64,000 nucleotides of DNA from an uncultured bacterium. Its GTDB lineage: Bacteria; Actinomycetota; Acidimicrobiia; Spongiisociales; ZC4RG35. The notes below the pieces were generated by a model. The model did no database searches and was not told the DNA's origin. It saw only the letters and a program-made list of their open reading frames with translations. The stretch lies in the NCBI GenBank assembly GCA_963825585.1, contig CAWGTX010000006.1, forward strand, positions 387,905-451,904, written 5' to 3'. A program made the position numbers and the translations under genes. Of the stretch, positions 38,190-48,209 are shown one piece after another. Every line of letters begins with the position of its first letter. Position 1 is the stretch's first letter.

Positions 38190-39077
38190 ATGGGCGCACC
38201 AGTCACAATCGGCGTACCGGTCTACAACGGCGAGAACTACCTGGATCGGGCACTCTCGTCCATCCAACAGCAAACCTACGAGAACCTCACGGTCCTCATC
38301 TCCGACAACGCGTCCACCGACCGCACCGAGGAGATCGCCCGATCCTTCGCTGCCGGTGACCCGCGATTCGTGTACTCGCGCAACGACCACAACATCGGTG
38401 CCGTCCCCAATTACAACAAGGTGTTCCATGCCGCCCAAACGCCGTTGTTCAAGTGGGCGGCGCACGATGACTGGATCGAGCCTCGCTTCGTCGAGGCTTG
38501 TGTCGAGGGCCTCGACGACGATCCGGGGGCGATCCTTGCCTTCACGGGAGCCCGCCAGGTCGACGAGAACGACATCGAGACGACTCCGCTGCTCGCCCAT
38601 ACCGAGATCACTTCCAACGATCCGGTGGAACGGTTCAAGGAGATCGTGCTCAGGGAGCGGTTGAACCTGGCCATCTTCGGGGTGATCCGCCACGACGTCC
38701 TCGCTCGCACCCACCTCCAAGGTACCTATCACGCTTCGTCGCGGGTACTGATCGCCGAGTTGGCCATCCTCGGACGGTTCATCCGAGTGCCCGACGTCCT
38801 GTTCGTCCACCGCAACCATCCGGCGGGTTCACTGCGTTCCTACGGCAACGCACATGAGTTGCGGCAGTGGTACGACACCTCCCGTTCCGCCAAGGGCTAC
38901 ATGCCCCGCTGGGCGTACATGGGAGGGATACTCAAGATCGCCGAGATCGGCGATCTTTCCTTCGGTCAGAAGATGGCCGTGCGGGGCGAGGCGCTCCGGT
39001 ATGCGGTCACCAAACCGAAGAACCTGCTGGGTGACCTCGTGGTCGCCGGCAAGGGCCTCGTCGGCTCCAAGGGCTGA
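38190..39077 (+). CDS. GT2-family glycosyltransferase
   Basis: 'VTIGVPVYNGENYLDRALSSIQQQTYENLTVLISDNASTD' is a GT2 N-terminal motif. The raw ORF begins at 38118; the likely start is ATG 38190. Confidence 0.75.
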   Translation: MGAPVTIGVPVYNGENYLDRALSSIQQQTYENLTVLISDNASTDRTEEIARSFAAGDPRFVYSRNDHNIGAVPNYNKVFHAAQTPLFKWAAHDDWIEPRFVEACVEGLDDDPGAILAFTGARQVDENDIETTPLLAHTEITSNDPVERFKEIVLRERLNLAIFGVIRHDVLARTHLQGTYHASSRVLIAELAILGRFIRVPDVLFVHRNHPAGSLRSYGNAHELRQWYDTSRSAKGYMPRWAYMGGILKIAEIGDLSFGQKMAVRGEALRYAVTKPKNLLGDLVVAGKGLVGSKG

Positions 39078-39113
39078 GGCACGGGCGTCGGGCTGCGGAG
39101 ACACACGGGCGCG

Positions 39114-39884
39114 TCATTCCCAAGTTCGCCAAGGCGGCTTGCCCGCCGCCCAAAGGTCTTCCAGTAGTTTCTTGTCCCGGAGGGTGTCCATGCACTGCCA
39201 GAAGCCCTCGTGGCGGAAGGCCATGAGCTCCCCGGCCGCCGCAAGCTGCTCCATCGGTTCCTTCTCGAACAGGGTGTCGTCGCCCTCGATGAGATCGAAC
39301 ACCTCGGGTTCGAGCACGAAGAATGCACCGTTGATCCACCCCTGATCGAGAGGCTTCTCGCTGAAGGCCCACACCCGGTCGCCCTCCATTTCCAACTGGC
39401 CGAACCGTGGTGGTGGATGAACCGCGGTCACGGTGGCGATCTTGCCGTGCGACTTGTGAAACTCGACGAGCTTGCCGAGGTCCACGTCTGAGACGCCGTC
39501 ACCCCACGTCAACAGGAAGGTCTCCCCGCCGAGATGTGGTGCCAACCGCTTGATCCGCCCCCCGGTGTTGGTCCAGCGACCCGTCTCGATCAGATCCACC
39601 TGCCACTTCTCGTCGTGGCCCTCGTCGAGAAGAGCGAACTCACCGCTGGCGAGATCGACCCGCAGGCTCGAGTTGGCGCTGATGTAGTCCGTGAAGAACC
39701 GTTTGATGTGGTCTCCCTTGTAGCCGAGGGCGATCGAGAACTCCCGGAAGCCGTGGTGATCGAAGTGGCGCATGATGTGCCACAGGATCGGCCGTCCCCC
39801 GATCTCCACCATCGGTTTGGGTCGGATCTCGGTCTCCTCGGCGAGCCTGGAACCCATTCCTCCCGCCAGAATTGCCACTTTCAC
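39114..39884 (-). CDS. rfbF: Glucose-1-phosphate cytidylyltransferase, second copy
   Basis: About 88% aa identity to the copy at 37276-38046. Nucleotide runs of more than 50 nt are identical. Confidence 0.9.
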   Translation of the reverse strand: MKVAILAGGMGSRLAEETEIRPKPMVEIGGRPILWHIMRHFDHHGFREFSIALGYKGDHIKRFFTDYISANSSLRVDLASGEFALLDEGHDEKWQVDLIETGRWTNTGGRIKRLAPHLGGETFLLTWGDGVSDVDLGKLVEFHKSHGKIATVTAVHPPPRFGQLEMEGDRVWAFSEKPLDQGWINGAFFVLEPEVFDLIEGDDTLFEKEPMEQLAAAGELMAFRHEGFWQCMDTLRDKKLLEDLWAAGKPPWRTWE

Positions 39885-40017
39885 GGTTTCATCCCTCCTG
39901 CCTCATCGGGCAGATGATCGTCGTACTCGGCCGACGGATTGGACCGTCCGCGACCTCTCCCCCGAGCCACGAGTTCGCCGCATCGTCTGAGACCGGACCC
40001 GACGTGCACCACCCCGG

Positions 40018-42786
40018 TCAGTTGACCGGGGCCATGAACTCGATCTCCTCGTCGGTCAGCACCGGGATCGACAGCAGTCCGAGCCGCTGGAGCGGAACGA
40101 TGCTCGCCCGCACGTCCTCGTCCCAGCGCGGCGACCACGTCGAGGGAGCTGGATCGTCCGACCACGGGTAGTAGAGCTGCGCCTCGGGAACCCTGACCTC
40201 GAGGAGATCGCCCAACGAGCGGCCCAGGGCCCGGGCGTCGTCGATGGCGCGGTCCAACTGGGCGATGGCTTCCTCGGACCCGAAGCGACGGGCGGCCCGC
40301 TGCTGGCGCTCGACGTCCTCGATGAACATCGGGAGTACCTCGTCGGACAGGATCGACACGTGGCTGGAGTCGAACCGCTGAGCGTCCACCATGATCTGGA
40401 AGTACCGGTTCGGGCTGATCAGATGGAGGATCTGCGGCTCCCGGGACCGGGCGGTGTGAACCCGGAAGAATGCGATCGAGAGCCAGGCGTCGAGGCTCTT
40501 GCGCACCACCGGCACCGAACGGAGTGGACCCGAACCGAACAGGATCTCGATGATCTGACGTTCCAGCGCCGCACCTTCCTTGGCGCCGAGGTCGTCGCGC
40601 AGCAACCTCCCGATGGCGCTGCCCACCGTGGTCCGATCCTTGACCGGGTGCAACGGGAGCATGCCGTCGTGGTCGAAGCCCACCGACCGTGGGCGCAGGA
40701 TGATCTCCTCTGCCATGTCCGCCATGAAGTCGGCCATCGGCCCGTAGGCGCGGGCGGGATCGATGCTCGACAGGGTTGAAGCGAGCACTTCGGCCATGGC
40801 CCCCTCCCCCACCGACTCGTCGGTGGGGCGGCGGAGCACGTCGTAGAGCCTCGGCTCGTTCGACGCTCCGCTCACGCCGCGGGAACCACCGACGCCGACG
40901 GGCTGGTCGCCATTGCCGCCGATTCGCCCCATCATGGCTTCCTGCGCCTCGGTGGGCATCGCCACCACCACCGCCGGTTCCGAGATGTCGCTGCGGCCCG
41001 ACTCCTCGGCCGGGGCGATGACGGCACTTCCCTTCGAGGTGAGCCGGTCCCAGGCGTCCGCCAGCTTGGGCACCGAGCGTCGGTTGACGATCACCAGTCC
41101 CAGGAGGTTGGCGCCGCGCCTGTTGAACTCCTCGGCGTACTGCTTTATCTCGTTCGACAGCGACTTTCCGGACGACGCCACGAACAGCGAGGTGTTGGAA
41201 CGGGTCACGACTTCCTGGGCGACCGTGTTGGCCATGTCACCCGCCGAGACGATCACCATGTCGTAGCGGTCGGTGAGCACATCCAGCGCCCGGTCGAGCA
41301 CGTCGCCGGCGAAGAGGTCGGCGGGGTCCTCGTCGAACGAACCCGACGGCAGCGACCACAGATTCGATCTGACCTGCTTGACGGAACTCATGTCCGCCGC
41401 CACACCGGCCCGCAGGTCCACCACCATCTTGGCGAGGGTGAGCCCACCCTCGGGGAACTCGGCGAGACCATCGGAAGGTGCGAAGTTGGCGTCGACCAGG
41501 ATCACCGAGCGACCGGACTGGGCGAGGGCAACCGCCAGGTCCGCCGACAGGGCCCGCACCGCGATCGATTCGATCCGGTTGCCGGCGATGGCAACCGAAC
41601 CCGCACGCTGGTGCAGCCGGGCCAGCACTCCGGCACGGAGTGCCTGGATTTCGGACCGCCGCCGGGACTCGCCGGCTTCGTCGTACCAGGCGGACCCGGT
41701 GGGTTTGCGCTCCGCCATGGTCGCCAGCGTCGTGAGGAACGGAGCGTCCTGGCCGACCCACACCGGTGCCCTGAGACGATCACCGCTGAGGATGCCACCG
41801 GCGGCGAGGGCCGTTCCGAGCATGAGGCCAACGAGGGCATACAAGCCCGGGCTCACGTCGGCCTCGGTGACGTCGTTGGCGTCAGATTCGCCCGGTGCCA
41901 CCAGGTTGTTCAGTTCGGCGAGCCGCAATGAGTACCCCAGATAATCGGCTTCCAGGTCGTTGTAGCGCTGCTGGAAGACCTCGAGTTCGGTCTGAGTCGC
42001 CGAGAACTCCGTGCTGGTGGGTGCGGGAATCTCAGCCAATTGAGCCTGCACTTCGTCGAGCCGCTGGTCGATGAGATCGATGTCGGCCTGGATCTCGCTC
42101 TCCGAGCGTGGCTCCGGCTCCTCGTCGGTGGTGGCTCCCCCCTGAGCCTGTTGCTCACGGGCTTCGATCTCGGGAATCAGCAGCTCCTCGCGGAACGCGA
42201 TCAGCCGAGATCGCAGCGAGTCCTGCAACTCGGTGAGCTCGGCCCGCTCTGTGGCGTTGGGATCGAAGTCGGCCAACTCGGCCTGCAACGCCACGATCTC
42301 GACCCTGACGGTATCGAGTTGGGAAGCGAGCGCCGCCCGGCGCTCCTGGAACTGCACACGCTGCCCGGCGGAGGGATCGGCGAGGTAACGGGCACGCAGG
42401 TCCACGGCGCGCGCCTGGGCCTCGACCTCGGTGGGCGCCTGGGCGACGAACAACACCTCGTTGGTGTCGGTGATGATGACGGTGTTGGCCGGCGACATCT
42501 CGACCTCGGTCGTGCTCGGATCGAGGTCCAGTTGCTCCCGGTTCGCCTCGATGGCGGATTCCCGGATGCTCTCGAGTTGGGCTTCGAGCTCGGTGGCGGC
42601 CCGGTTGTTGTCCTCCTCGGCCACACCCTGGACGAGCACGATCGCCGCCTCACCTACGTAGACGGTCTGGATCGAGTTGTTGCGATAGTCCGCTCCAAAC
42701 CATCCGGCCAGCGCGCCGAGCAGGGCGATGATGACCACCACCGGCCATCGGGCCGCAAGAACCCGTGCGGTGCGTGTCAGATCCAT
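40018..42786 (-). CDS. Polysaccharide co-polymerase (Wzz/Wzc-like) with a degenerate BY-kinase-like domain and an extra uncharacterised C-terminal domain of about 300 aa
   Basis: TM helix 1, a long coiled-coil periplasmic region, TM helix 2, then 'GNRIESIAV...SGRSVILVDANF...MVIVSAGDM...LLGLVIVN'. This has a CpsD/Wzc ATPase-like fold but Walker A is GNRIES, not GxGKS/T. No Tyr-rich tail. A unique 300-aa C-terminus follows. Confidence 0.7.
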   Translation of the reverse strand: MDLTRTARVLAARWPVVVIIALLGALAGWFGADYRNNSIQTVYVGEAAIVLVQGVAEEDNNRAATELEAQLESIRESAIEANREQLDLDPSTTEVEMSPANTVIITDTNEVLFVAQAPTEVEAQARAVDLRARYLADPSAGQRVQFQERRAALASQLDTVRVEIVALQAELADFDPNATERAELTELQDSLRSRLIAFREELLIPEIEAREQQAQGGATTDEEPEPRSESEIQADIDLIDQRLDEVQAQLAEIPAPTSTEFSATQTELEVFQQRYNDLEADYLGYSLRLAELNNLVAPGESDANDVTEADVSPGLYALVGLMLGTALAAGGILSGDRLRAPVWVGQDAPFLTTLATMAERKPTGSAWYDEAGESRRRSEIQALRAGVLARLHQRAGSVAIAGNRIESIAVRALSADLAVALAQSGRSVILVDANFAPSDGLAEFPEGGLTLAKMVVDLRAGVAADMSSVKQVRSNLWSLPSGSFDEDPADLFAGDVLDRALDVLTDRYDMVIVSAGDMANTVAQEVVTRSNTSLFVASSGKSLSNEIKQYAEEFNRRGANLLGLVIVNRRSVPKLADAWDRLTSKGSAVIAPAEESGRSDISEPAVVVAMPTEAQEAMMGRIGGNGDQPVGVGGSRGVSGASNEPRLYDVLRRPTDESVGEGAMAEVLASTLSSIDPARAYGPMADFMADMAEEIILRPRSVGFDHDGMLPLHPVKDRTTVGSAIGRLLRDDLGAKEGAALERQIIEILFGSGPLRSVPVVRKSLDAWLSIAFFRVHTARSREPQILHLISPNRYFQIMVDAQRFDSSHVSILSDEVLPMFIEDVERQQRAARRFGSEEAIAQLDRAIDDARALGRSLGDLLEVRVPEAQLYYPWSDDPAPSTWSPRWDEDVRASIVPLQRLGLLSIPVLTDEEIEFMAPVN

Positions 42787-43320
42787 CGGTGAACTCCCCG
42801 GTCGGTCTTGGCTGCCGTCATCCGATTCACGATCGGATGGCCGACCTCGACATCTCTCTCATTGCCCACGTTTCCCACCCCTGTCCCGCCCCTGCCCACA
42901 GGCGGCCCATGCCCACTCAACCCGGCACGGAAGCCGCAACGACCCCTCGTATCCACCCCCTCGACCGCGTCGTTCCGACGCCGGCGAGGCATCGGGCAAC
43001 ACCACGGGCCGCCGCGTCGAACGCGGGGGTCCCACCCGTGACCCAATACGGTAGACAACTGGGACAGGTTGTCCATCCGGCCGCCGAGTCGAAGAAGAGT
43101 CGAGCCCCGGGCTTGACCCGAATCCGGGACCTGCGAGCCTGTAGACCGGATAGGCGGGTGTCCGTGCCATGCTGTGGGCGGCAGGGACCAGGATGGGGCG
43201 AGCAAACGGGGCGGATGTGCGGAACGAGTCGATGATCGGTGGCGTGCGGCAGGCGCAGAACCGGGTTGGAACCCGGCTCGGGTCCGGCGGAGTGACCGGC
43301 CCCGTCGCGGTGAGGCCCTC

Positions 43321-44661
43321 ATGAAAGAGCTGGGTGTCTACGGCGGCATGGCGGTGGTCATCGTCGGGATCGGATTCGTGTTCGGCACCGGGGGGACACA
43401 AGTCCATCTGATCGTCATCCCCCTCATGCTGATCCTGATCTCGTATGTGATCGGTCGGATGATCGCCACCGAACACGATGCCACCTTCATCGCCCCGATG
43501 TTCGCCCTCGGCGCGGTGGCGAAGATCATGGGCTCCATGGCCCGACATTGGGTCCTGTTCGCCCAGTACGGCGGTGTCGGCGACGCCGTCGGATACCACA
43601 ACCGCGGGCTCGAACTCGCCGACGTGTGGCGGTCCGGTGCCATCCCCCCGATCCCGGAGGGTCTGACCTCGCTCGGCACCCGGTTCACCGGGTGGGCGAC
43701 CGGGCTGGTGTACGCGCCCTTCGAACCCAGCCTGCAGGGAGGGTTCTTCATGTTCGCCGGGCTCGCCCTGTTCGGGCAGTTTCTCTTCTACGCCGCCTAC
43801 CGCAGGTGGGCGCCGCCCAAGACCCACTTCCGGTACCTCGCCCTCATCCTGTTCTGGCCAACGCTGGTGTATTGGCCGTCGAGCCTCGGCAAGGAGGCGT
43901 TGCTCATGCCGTTCATCGGCCTGTGCGCCTACGCCGCTTCGCGGGTGTTCCAGTCGTTCGGCTTTCCGTCGTTGGTGGTGTTCGGCATCGGTGCTGGGAT
44001 CGTGTTCATCGTGCGCGAGCACGTGACGGCGCTGTTGGCTCTCTCGCTCCTGGGCACGATCCTCGCCGCCAAGCCGAAAGCCGGCGTGGCAGGGCGCCGA
44101 CTCCTCCTCGTTCTCCTGATGATCGCCTCGCTGATTCCGGTGGCCAGCGGCCTGAATGCACGCTTCGGTGTGAGCTTCCAGGACGACGTGTCCGCAGAGG
44201 ACTTCGACGGCATCAAGGCCGATCTGGAGCGTGCCACCGGGCAGGGTGGTTCGGCGGTGAGCGGCGGGGTCGTCTCCGGACCGCAGGACCTTCCCGCAGG
44301 CTTTCTGAAGGTGCTCTACCGGCCGCTCCCCAACGAGGCCACCAACACCCAGATGTTGATCGCCTCGTTCGAGGGGACCGCGTTGCTGCTGCTGACGTTG
44401 TGGACGTCGCCTCGCTGGCTCCCGACTCTGAAGAGTGTGAGACGGGAGCCGTACCTGATGTTCTGCGCCGTCTACACCCTCGGGTTCGTGATCGCCTGGT
44501 CGTGGATCCTCAACCTCGGAATCCTCGCCCGGCAGCGGTCGCTCGTGATCCCGTTCGTGCTCGTCATCTTCGCCTACGGCTGGTACGACCGGCGCGCTCA
44601 GCCGTCAGCAGTCGAACCGGCGGTCCGCCAGGACGACCTGGTCGCTCTCACGCCCCGGTGA
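43321..44661 (+). CDS. Polytopic membrane protein, putative Wzy/O-antigen-polymerase-like
   Basis: 446 aa from ATG 43321 with about 10 TM helices and a large loop. Transcribed divergently from the Wzc-like gene. Confidence 0.45.
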   Translation: MKELGVYGGMAVVIVGIGFVFGTGGTQVHLIVIPLMLILISYVIGRMIATEHDATFIAPMFALGAVAKIMGSMARHWVLFAQYGGVGDAVGYHNRGLELADVWRSGAIPPIPEGLTSLGTRFTGWATGLVYAPFEPSLQGGFFMFAGLALFGQFLFYAAYRRWAPPKTHFRYLALILFWPTLVYWPSSLGKEALLMPFIGLCAYAASRVFQSFGFPSLVVFGIGAGIVFIVREHVTALLALSLLGTILAAKPKAGVAGRRLLLVLLMIASLIPVASGLNARFGVSFQDDVSAEDFDGIKADLERATGQGGSAVSGGVVSGPQDLPAGFLKVLYRPLPNEATNTQMLIASFEGTALLLLTLWTSPRWLPTLKSVRREPYLMFCAVYTLGFVIAWSWILNLGILARQRSLVIPFVLVIFAYGWYDRRAQPSAVEPAVRQDDLVALTPR

Positions 44662-45472
44662 GAGCGATCGGTGAGAGGGCCGCCCGGATCGCAGCGACCC
44701 GTTCGGCGAGGACCTTGGCGGCGTCCTGAGGACTCGCCGCCTCGAGCACGAGCCTCACCAGCGCCGAGCCTACGATCACGCCGTCGGCGCCCGCCGCTGC
44801 GGCCGCGGCCGCCTGCTCGGGCGTGGAGATGCCCACCCCGAAGACGATCGGGATGTCGGTGATCGCCCGGATCCGTTCCACCACCACCTCGGCGTTGCCG
44901 CTCGACTGGCTCCGCTCTCCGGTGACGCCCATCTCGGCGACCGCATAGATGAACACCGGGTCGGCCTCGGCCACCGCCCGAATGCGTTCGGAACTGGAGG
45001 TGGGCGCCACGAACAGCACGGTTCCGATCCCGTGGCGCGCCGCCGCCTGGCGCAGCGACAGCGACTCCTCGACGGGAAGGTCGGGGACGATGATTCCGTC
45101 GGCTCCGGCCGTGGCCAGTCGGGCACAGAACGCGTCCACGCCGCGGCGGAATACCGGGTTGGCGTAGGTCATGGCGAGCACCGGCTTCCCCGTGGCGGCC
45201 ACCACCTCTGCCAGCACCTCGACGCTTCTGTCGAGGGTGGAGCCGGCCGCGAGAGCCGTGTCGCTCCCGCGCTGGATGATGGGGCCGTCCATGAGGGGAT
45301 CGGAGTACGGTATGCCGACCTCGAAGGCGTCGGCGCCCGCACCCGCCATGGCAGCGAACAACGCGGCCGAGTCGGCGGGTGTGGGGAGCCCGGCGGTCAT
45401 GAAGGGCAGAAACGCCGCCCTGCCCTCACTCCGGGTCGTGGCGAACAGCTGGCGGAGACGTTCGACACCCAT
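44648..45472 (-). CDS. trpA: Tryptophan synthase alpha chain
   Basis: 'AFLPFMTAGLP...FEVGIPYSDPLMDGPIIQ'. Confidence 0.9.
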   Translation of the reverse strand: MGVERLRQLFATTRSEGRAAFLPFMTAGLPTPADSAALFAAMAGAGADAFEVGIPYSDPLMDGPIIQRGSDTALAAGSTLDRSVEVLAEVVAATGKPVLAMTYANPVFRRGVDAFCARLATAGADGIIVPDLPVEESLSLRQAAARHGIGTVLFVAPTSSSERIRAVAEADPVFIYAVAEMGVTGERSQSSGNAEVVVERIRAITDIPIVFGVGISTPEQAAAAAAAGADGVIVGSALVRLVLEAASPQDAAKVLAERVAAIRAALSPIALTGA

Positions 45473-46668
45473 CAGCGGGTCATCTCCGGGCGCAGCCGGC
45501 CGATCTGTTCCACGTCCTTGTCGCCCCGACCCGACAGGTTCAACAGCACCGTCTTGCCGCGCAGGGCCTCGGCCTCACGCTGGATCCACGCCACGGCGTG
45601 TGCCGTCTCGAGTGCGGGGATGATCCCCTCGGTGCGGGCCAGCAGCTCGACCCCGCCGAGGGATTCCTCGTCGGAGACCGACTCGTAGCGGGCGAGCCCG
45701 GTCTGGTGGAAGTAGGCGTGCTCGGGTCCGACGCCCGGATAGTCGAGACCGGCGGAGATCGAATGCGCCTCTTGGATCTGGCCGTCGGCATCCTGCAGCA
45801 TGTAGGTACGCGTTCCGTGGAGCACGCCCGGCGATCCCGCCCCGATCGACGCTCCGTGGCGCCCGGTGGCGATGCCCTCGCCCGCCGCCTCGATGCCGAC
45901 CAGCTCGATGCCCCGATCGGCCAGCGGATAGAACACACCCATGGCGTTGGACCCCCCGCCCACACATGCCACCACCACGTCCGGCAGGTCGTCGCCGAGT
46001 TGGTCGAGAACCTCCTCGCCGATCACCTTCTGGAACTCGCGCACGATCCACGGGAAGGGGTGCGGTCCCACCACCGACCCGATGATGTAGTGCGTGTTCT
46101 CCACCGTTCTGACCCAGTCCCGCATCGCCTCACTCACGGCGTCCTTGAGGGTGCCTGCCCCGGACGTCACCGGCACCACCTCAGACCCGAGGATGCGCAT
46201 GCGAAGGACGTTGAGGGCCTGACGCTCGATGTCGACGGCGCCCATGTACACGGAGCACTCCAGCCCGAGTACCGCCGCCGCGGTGGCGGTGGCGACACCG
46301 TGCTGCCCGGCGCCGGTCTCGGCGATGATGCGAGGTTTGCCCATCCGTTTTGCGAGCAGGCCCTGGCCGATGGCGTTGTTGATCTTGTGGGCACCGGTGT
46401 GCGCCAGATCTTCGCGTTTGAGGAGGATCCGGACTCCGAGCTGCGCGGAGAGTCGCTGGGCGACGTGGAGGGGCGTGGGCCTTCCCACGAAGTTGGTGAG
46501 CATGCTCCGGTACTCGGCGATGAACGACTCATCCGACCATGCATCCTCGAATGCCTCCACCAACTCTGCCAGAGCCGGCATCAGCGTCTCGGGGGCGTAC
46601 TGCCCTCCGAACTCGCCGAAGCGGCCGTGGGCGTCGGGTCGGTCGAGCCGCATCCCCGTGATGGTCAT
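45472..46668 (-). CDS. trpB: Tryptophan synthase beta chain
   Basis: '[19 protein letters not shown]...HTGAHKINN' is the PLP site. Start is MTITG (46668), an ATGA overlap with the trpF stop. Confidence 0.95.
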   Translation of the reverse strand: MTITGMRLDRPDAHGRFGEFGGQYAPETLMPALAELVEAFEDAWSDESFIAEYRSMLTNFVGRPTPLHVAQRLSAQLGVRILLKREDLAHTGAHKINNAIGQGLLAKRMGKPRIIAETGAGQHGVATATAAAVLGLECSVYMGAVDIERQALNVLRMRILGSEVVPVTSGAGTLKDAVSEAMRDWVRTVENTHYIIGSVVGPHPFPWIVREFQKVIGEEVLDQLGDDLPDVVVACVGGGSNAMGVFYPLADRGIELVGIEAAGEGIATGRHGASIGAGSPGVLHGTRTYMLQDADGQIQEAHSISAGLDYPGVGPEHAYFHQTGLARYESVSDEESLGGVELLARTEGIIPALETAHAVAWIQREAEALRGKTVLLNLSGRGDKDVEQIGRLRPEMTR

Positions 46669-47303
46669 GATGTCTTCGCCTCCTGGACGTAGCGTCGGAT
46701 CAGATGTGCGTCCTTGACGCCGGGAGCGGACTCTAGGCCACTCGAGGCATCTACTCCCCAAGGGTGGAGGCGGGCCACCGCTTCGGCCACGGTGTCGGGT
46801 CCCAGACCGCCCGCCAGCACGAATGGCCGCGAGATCCCGCCCGCCAGGTCCCAGTCGAACCTGCGTCCGGTGCCGCCATGTGCATCGCGGACGGCGGTGT
46901 CGAGCAGCGGGATCTGCGCCATCGGAATGTCATCGAGCACGACCTCGCCCGAGACCGGTCTGGGACGAAGCACCATCAGCCCCGCCTGAACGGCTGCCGA
47001 TGCAGCTTCTGCAGCGTGGAGACCATGTGGCTGCACACCGCTGACACCGACGAAGCGGGCCAGGTCGAGCAGCTCCGCGGGTCGGGCGTCCACCGTCACG
47101 AGGAACGATTGAATGCCGGCCGCGATCCGCACCAGTGTCGCGGCCTGTTCGGCATCGACCTGCCGGGGAGACGGTGCCATGACCAGACCAAAGGCGTCGG
47201 CGCCGGCTTCCGCGACGGCGGCCACGTCACCCTTCGTCTTCACACCGCACACCTTCACCCAGGTGGCGGCAACGGTGATGGGGGTGGAATCCACCATGGT
47301 CAC
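46665..47303 (-). CDS. trpF: Phosphoribosylanthranilate isomerase
   Basis: 'VKVCGVKT...DAFGLV' is the PRAI TIM-barrel signature. The GTG/ATG start overlaps the trpC stop. Confidence 0.8.
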   Translation of the reverse strand: MTMVDSTPITVAATWVKVCGVKTKGDVAAVAEAGADAFGLVMAPSPRQVDAEQAATLVRIAAGIQSFLVTVDARPAELLDLARFVGVSGVQPHGLHAAEAASAAVQAGLMVLRPRPVSGEVVLDDIPMAQIPLLDTAVRDAHGGTGRRFDWDLAGGISRPFVLAGGLGPDTVAEAVARLHPWGVDASSGLESAPGVKDAHLIRRYVQEAKTS

Positions 47304-48067
47304 GTACGGAGGGCGGACAATGCGGTCTGGGGATCCCCGGAACGCACCAGCGACTCACCCACCAGGACGGCGTCGTAGCCGGCCGCCGCCATTCGCGAAG
47401 CGTCCGCCGGCTCGAGGACCCCGCTCTCGGCGATCGTGACGTCACAGCCGTTCAGCATCGGCGCCAGCCGCTCGGAGGTTGCCAGGTCCACATGAAACGT
47501 CGTCAGATCACGGTTGTTGACACCCACGATCGTCGCTCCGGCCGCCAACGCCCGTTCGGCTTCGGCCTCGTCGTGCACCTCCACCAGTGCCGCGACCCCG
47601 ATCTCGCGGGCGGTCTCGTGCAACGACCGGAGCGTGGAGTCGTCGAGTGCGGCCACGATCAGCAGGATGGCGTCTGCACCGATCGCCCTTGCCTCCCAGA
47701 TCTGGGCGGCAGTGAGCGTGAAGTCCTTGCGCAGCACCGGGAGCGACACGGCCGCACGCACGGCGATCAGGTCCGCATCGGATCCGGAGAAGTGGTGGGG
47801 CTCGGTCAGGACCGACACCGCCGACGCGCCACCGCGCTCGTAGGCGCCGGCTCGTTCCACCGGGTCGAGGTCGAGCGCCAGGGGACCCCGCGAGGGGGAG
47901 CGTCGTTTCACCTCGGCGATCACGCCGAGACCCGGAGCCGTGAGGGCCGCCGCGAAATCTCGCACCGGTGGTGCATCGGCACAGCGTGCGGTGAGCTCGG
48001 AGAGCGGCGGCAGCAACGCCAGCCTCGCTCGCGTCGTCTCGAGGATCGGTTCCAACATTCCCGTCAT
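47300..48067 (-). CDS. trpC: Indole-3-glycerol-phosphate synthase
   Basis: 'GVIAEVKRRSPSRG...ASAVSVLTEPHHFSGS...VLRKDF'. Confidence 0.9.
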   Translation of the reverse strand: MTGMLEPILETTRARLALLPPLSELTARCADAPPVRDFAAALTAPGLGVIAEVKRRSPSRGPLALDLDPVERAGAYERGGASAVSVLTEPHHFSGSDADLIAVRAAVSLPVLRKDFTLTAAQIWEARAIGADAILLIVAALDDSTLRSLHETAREIGVAALVEVHDEAEAERALAAGATIVGVNNRDLTTFHVDLATSERLAPMLNGCDVTIAESGVLEPADASRMAAAGYDAVLVGESLVRSGDPQTALSALRT

Positions 48068-48209
48068 ACCACCACCATCGTCTCGCCTGAACCCGGAGCC
48101 CGGCGCGCTCCACCGGCCGCGTGTCCGGAACCGTTTGGGCAGCCATCGGTCGGCCCTGGCCGACACACCTCGGTTACCGCCGTGTCCTGCACCCTCGGCC
48201 CGAGTCCGG

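Noticed and set aside
43090-43170. Possible tRNA-like fragment (cccgggcttgacccgaatccgggac...) as an island att remnant
   Set aside because: No consistent cloverleaf could be built on either strand. There are only short 4-bp hairpins. It has no convincing similarity to the 3' end of tRNA-Leu at 31180.
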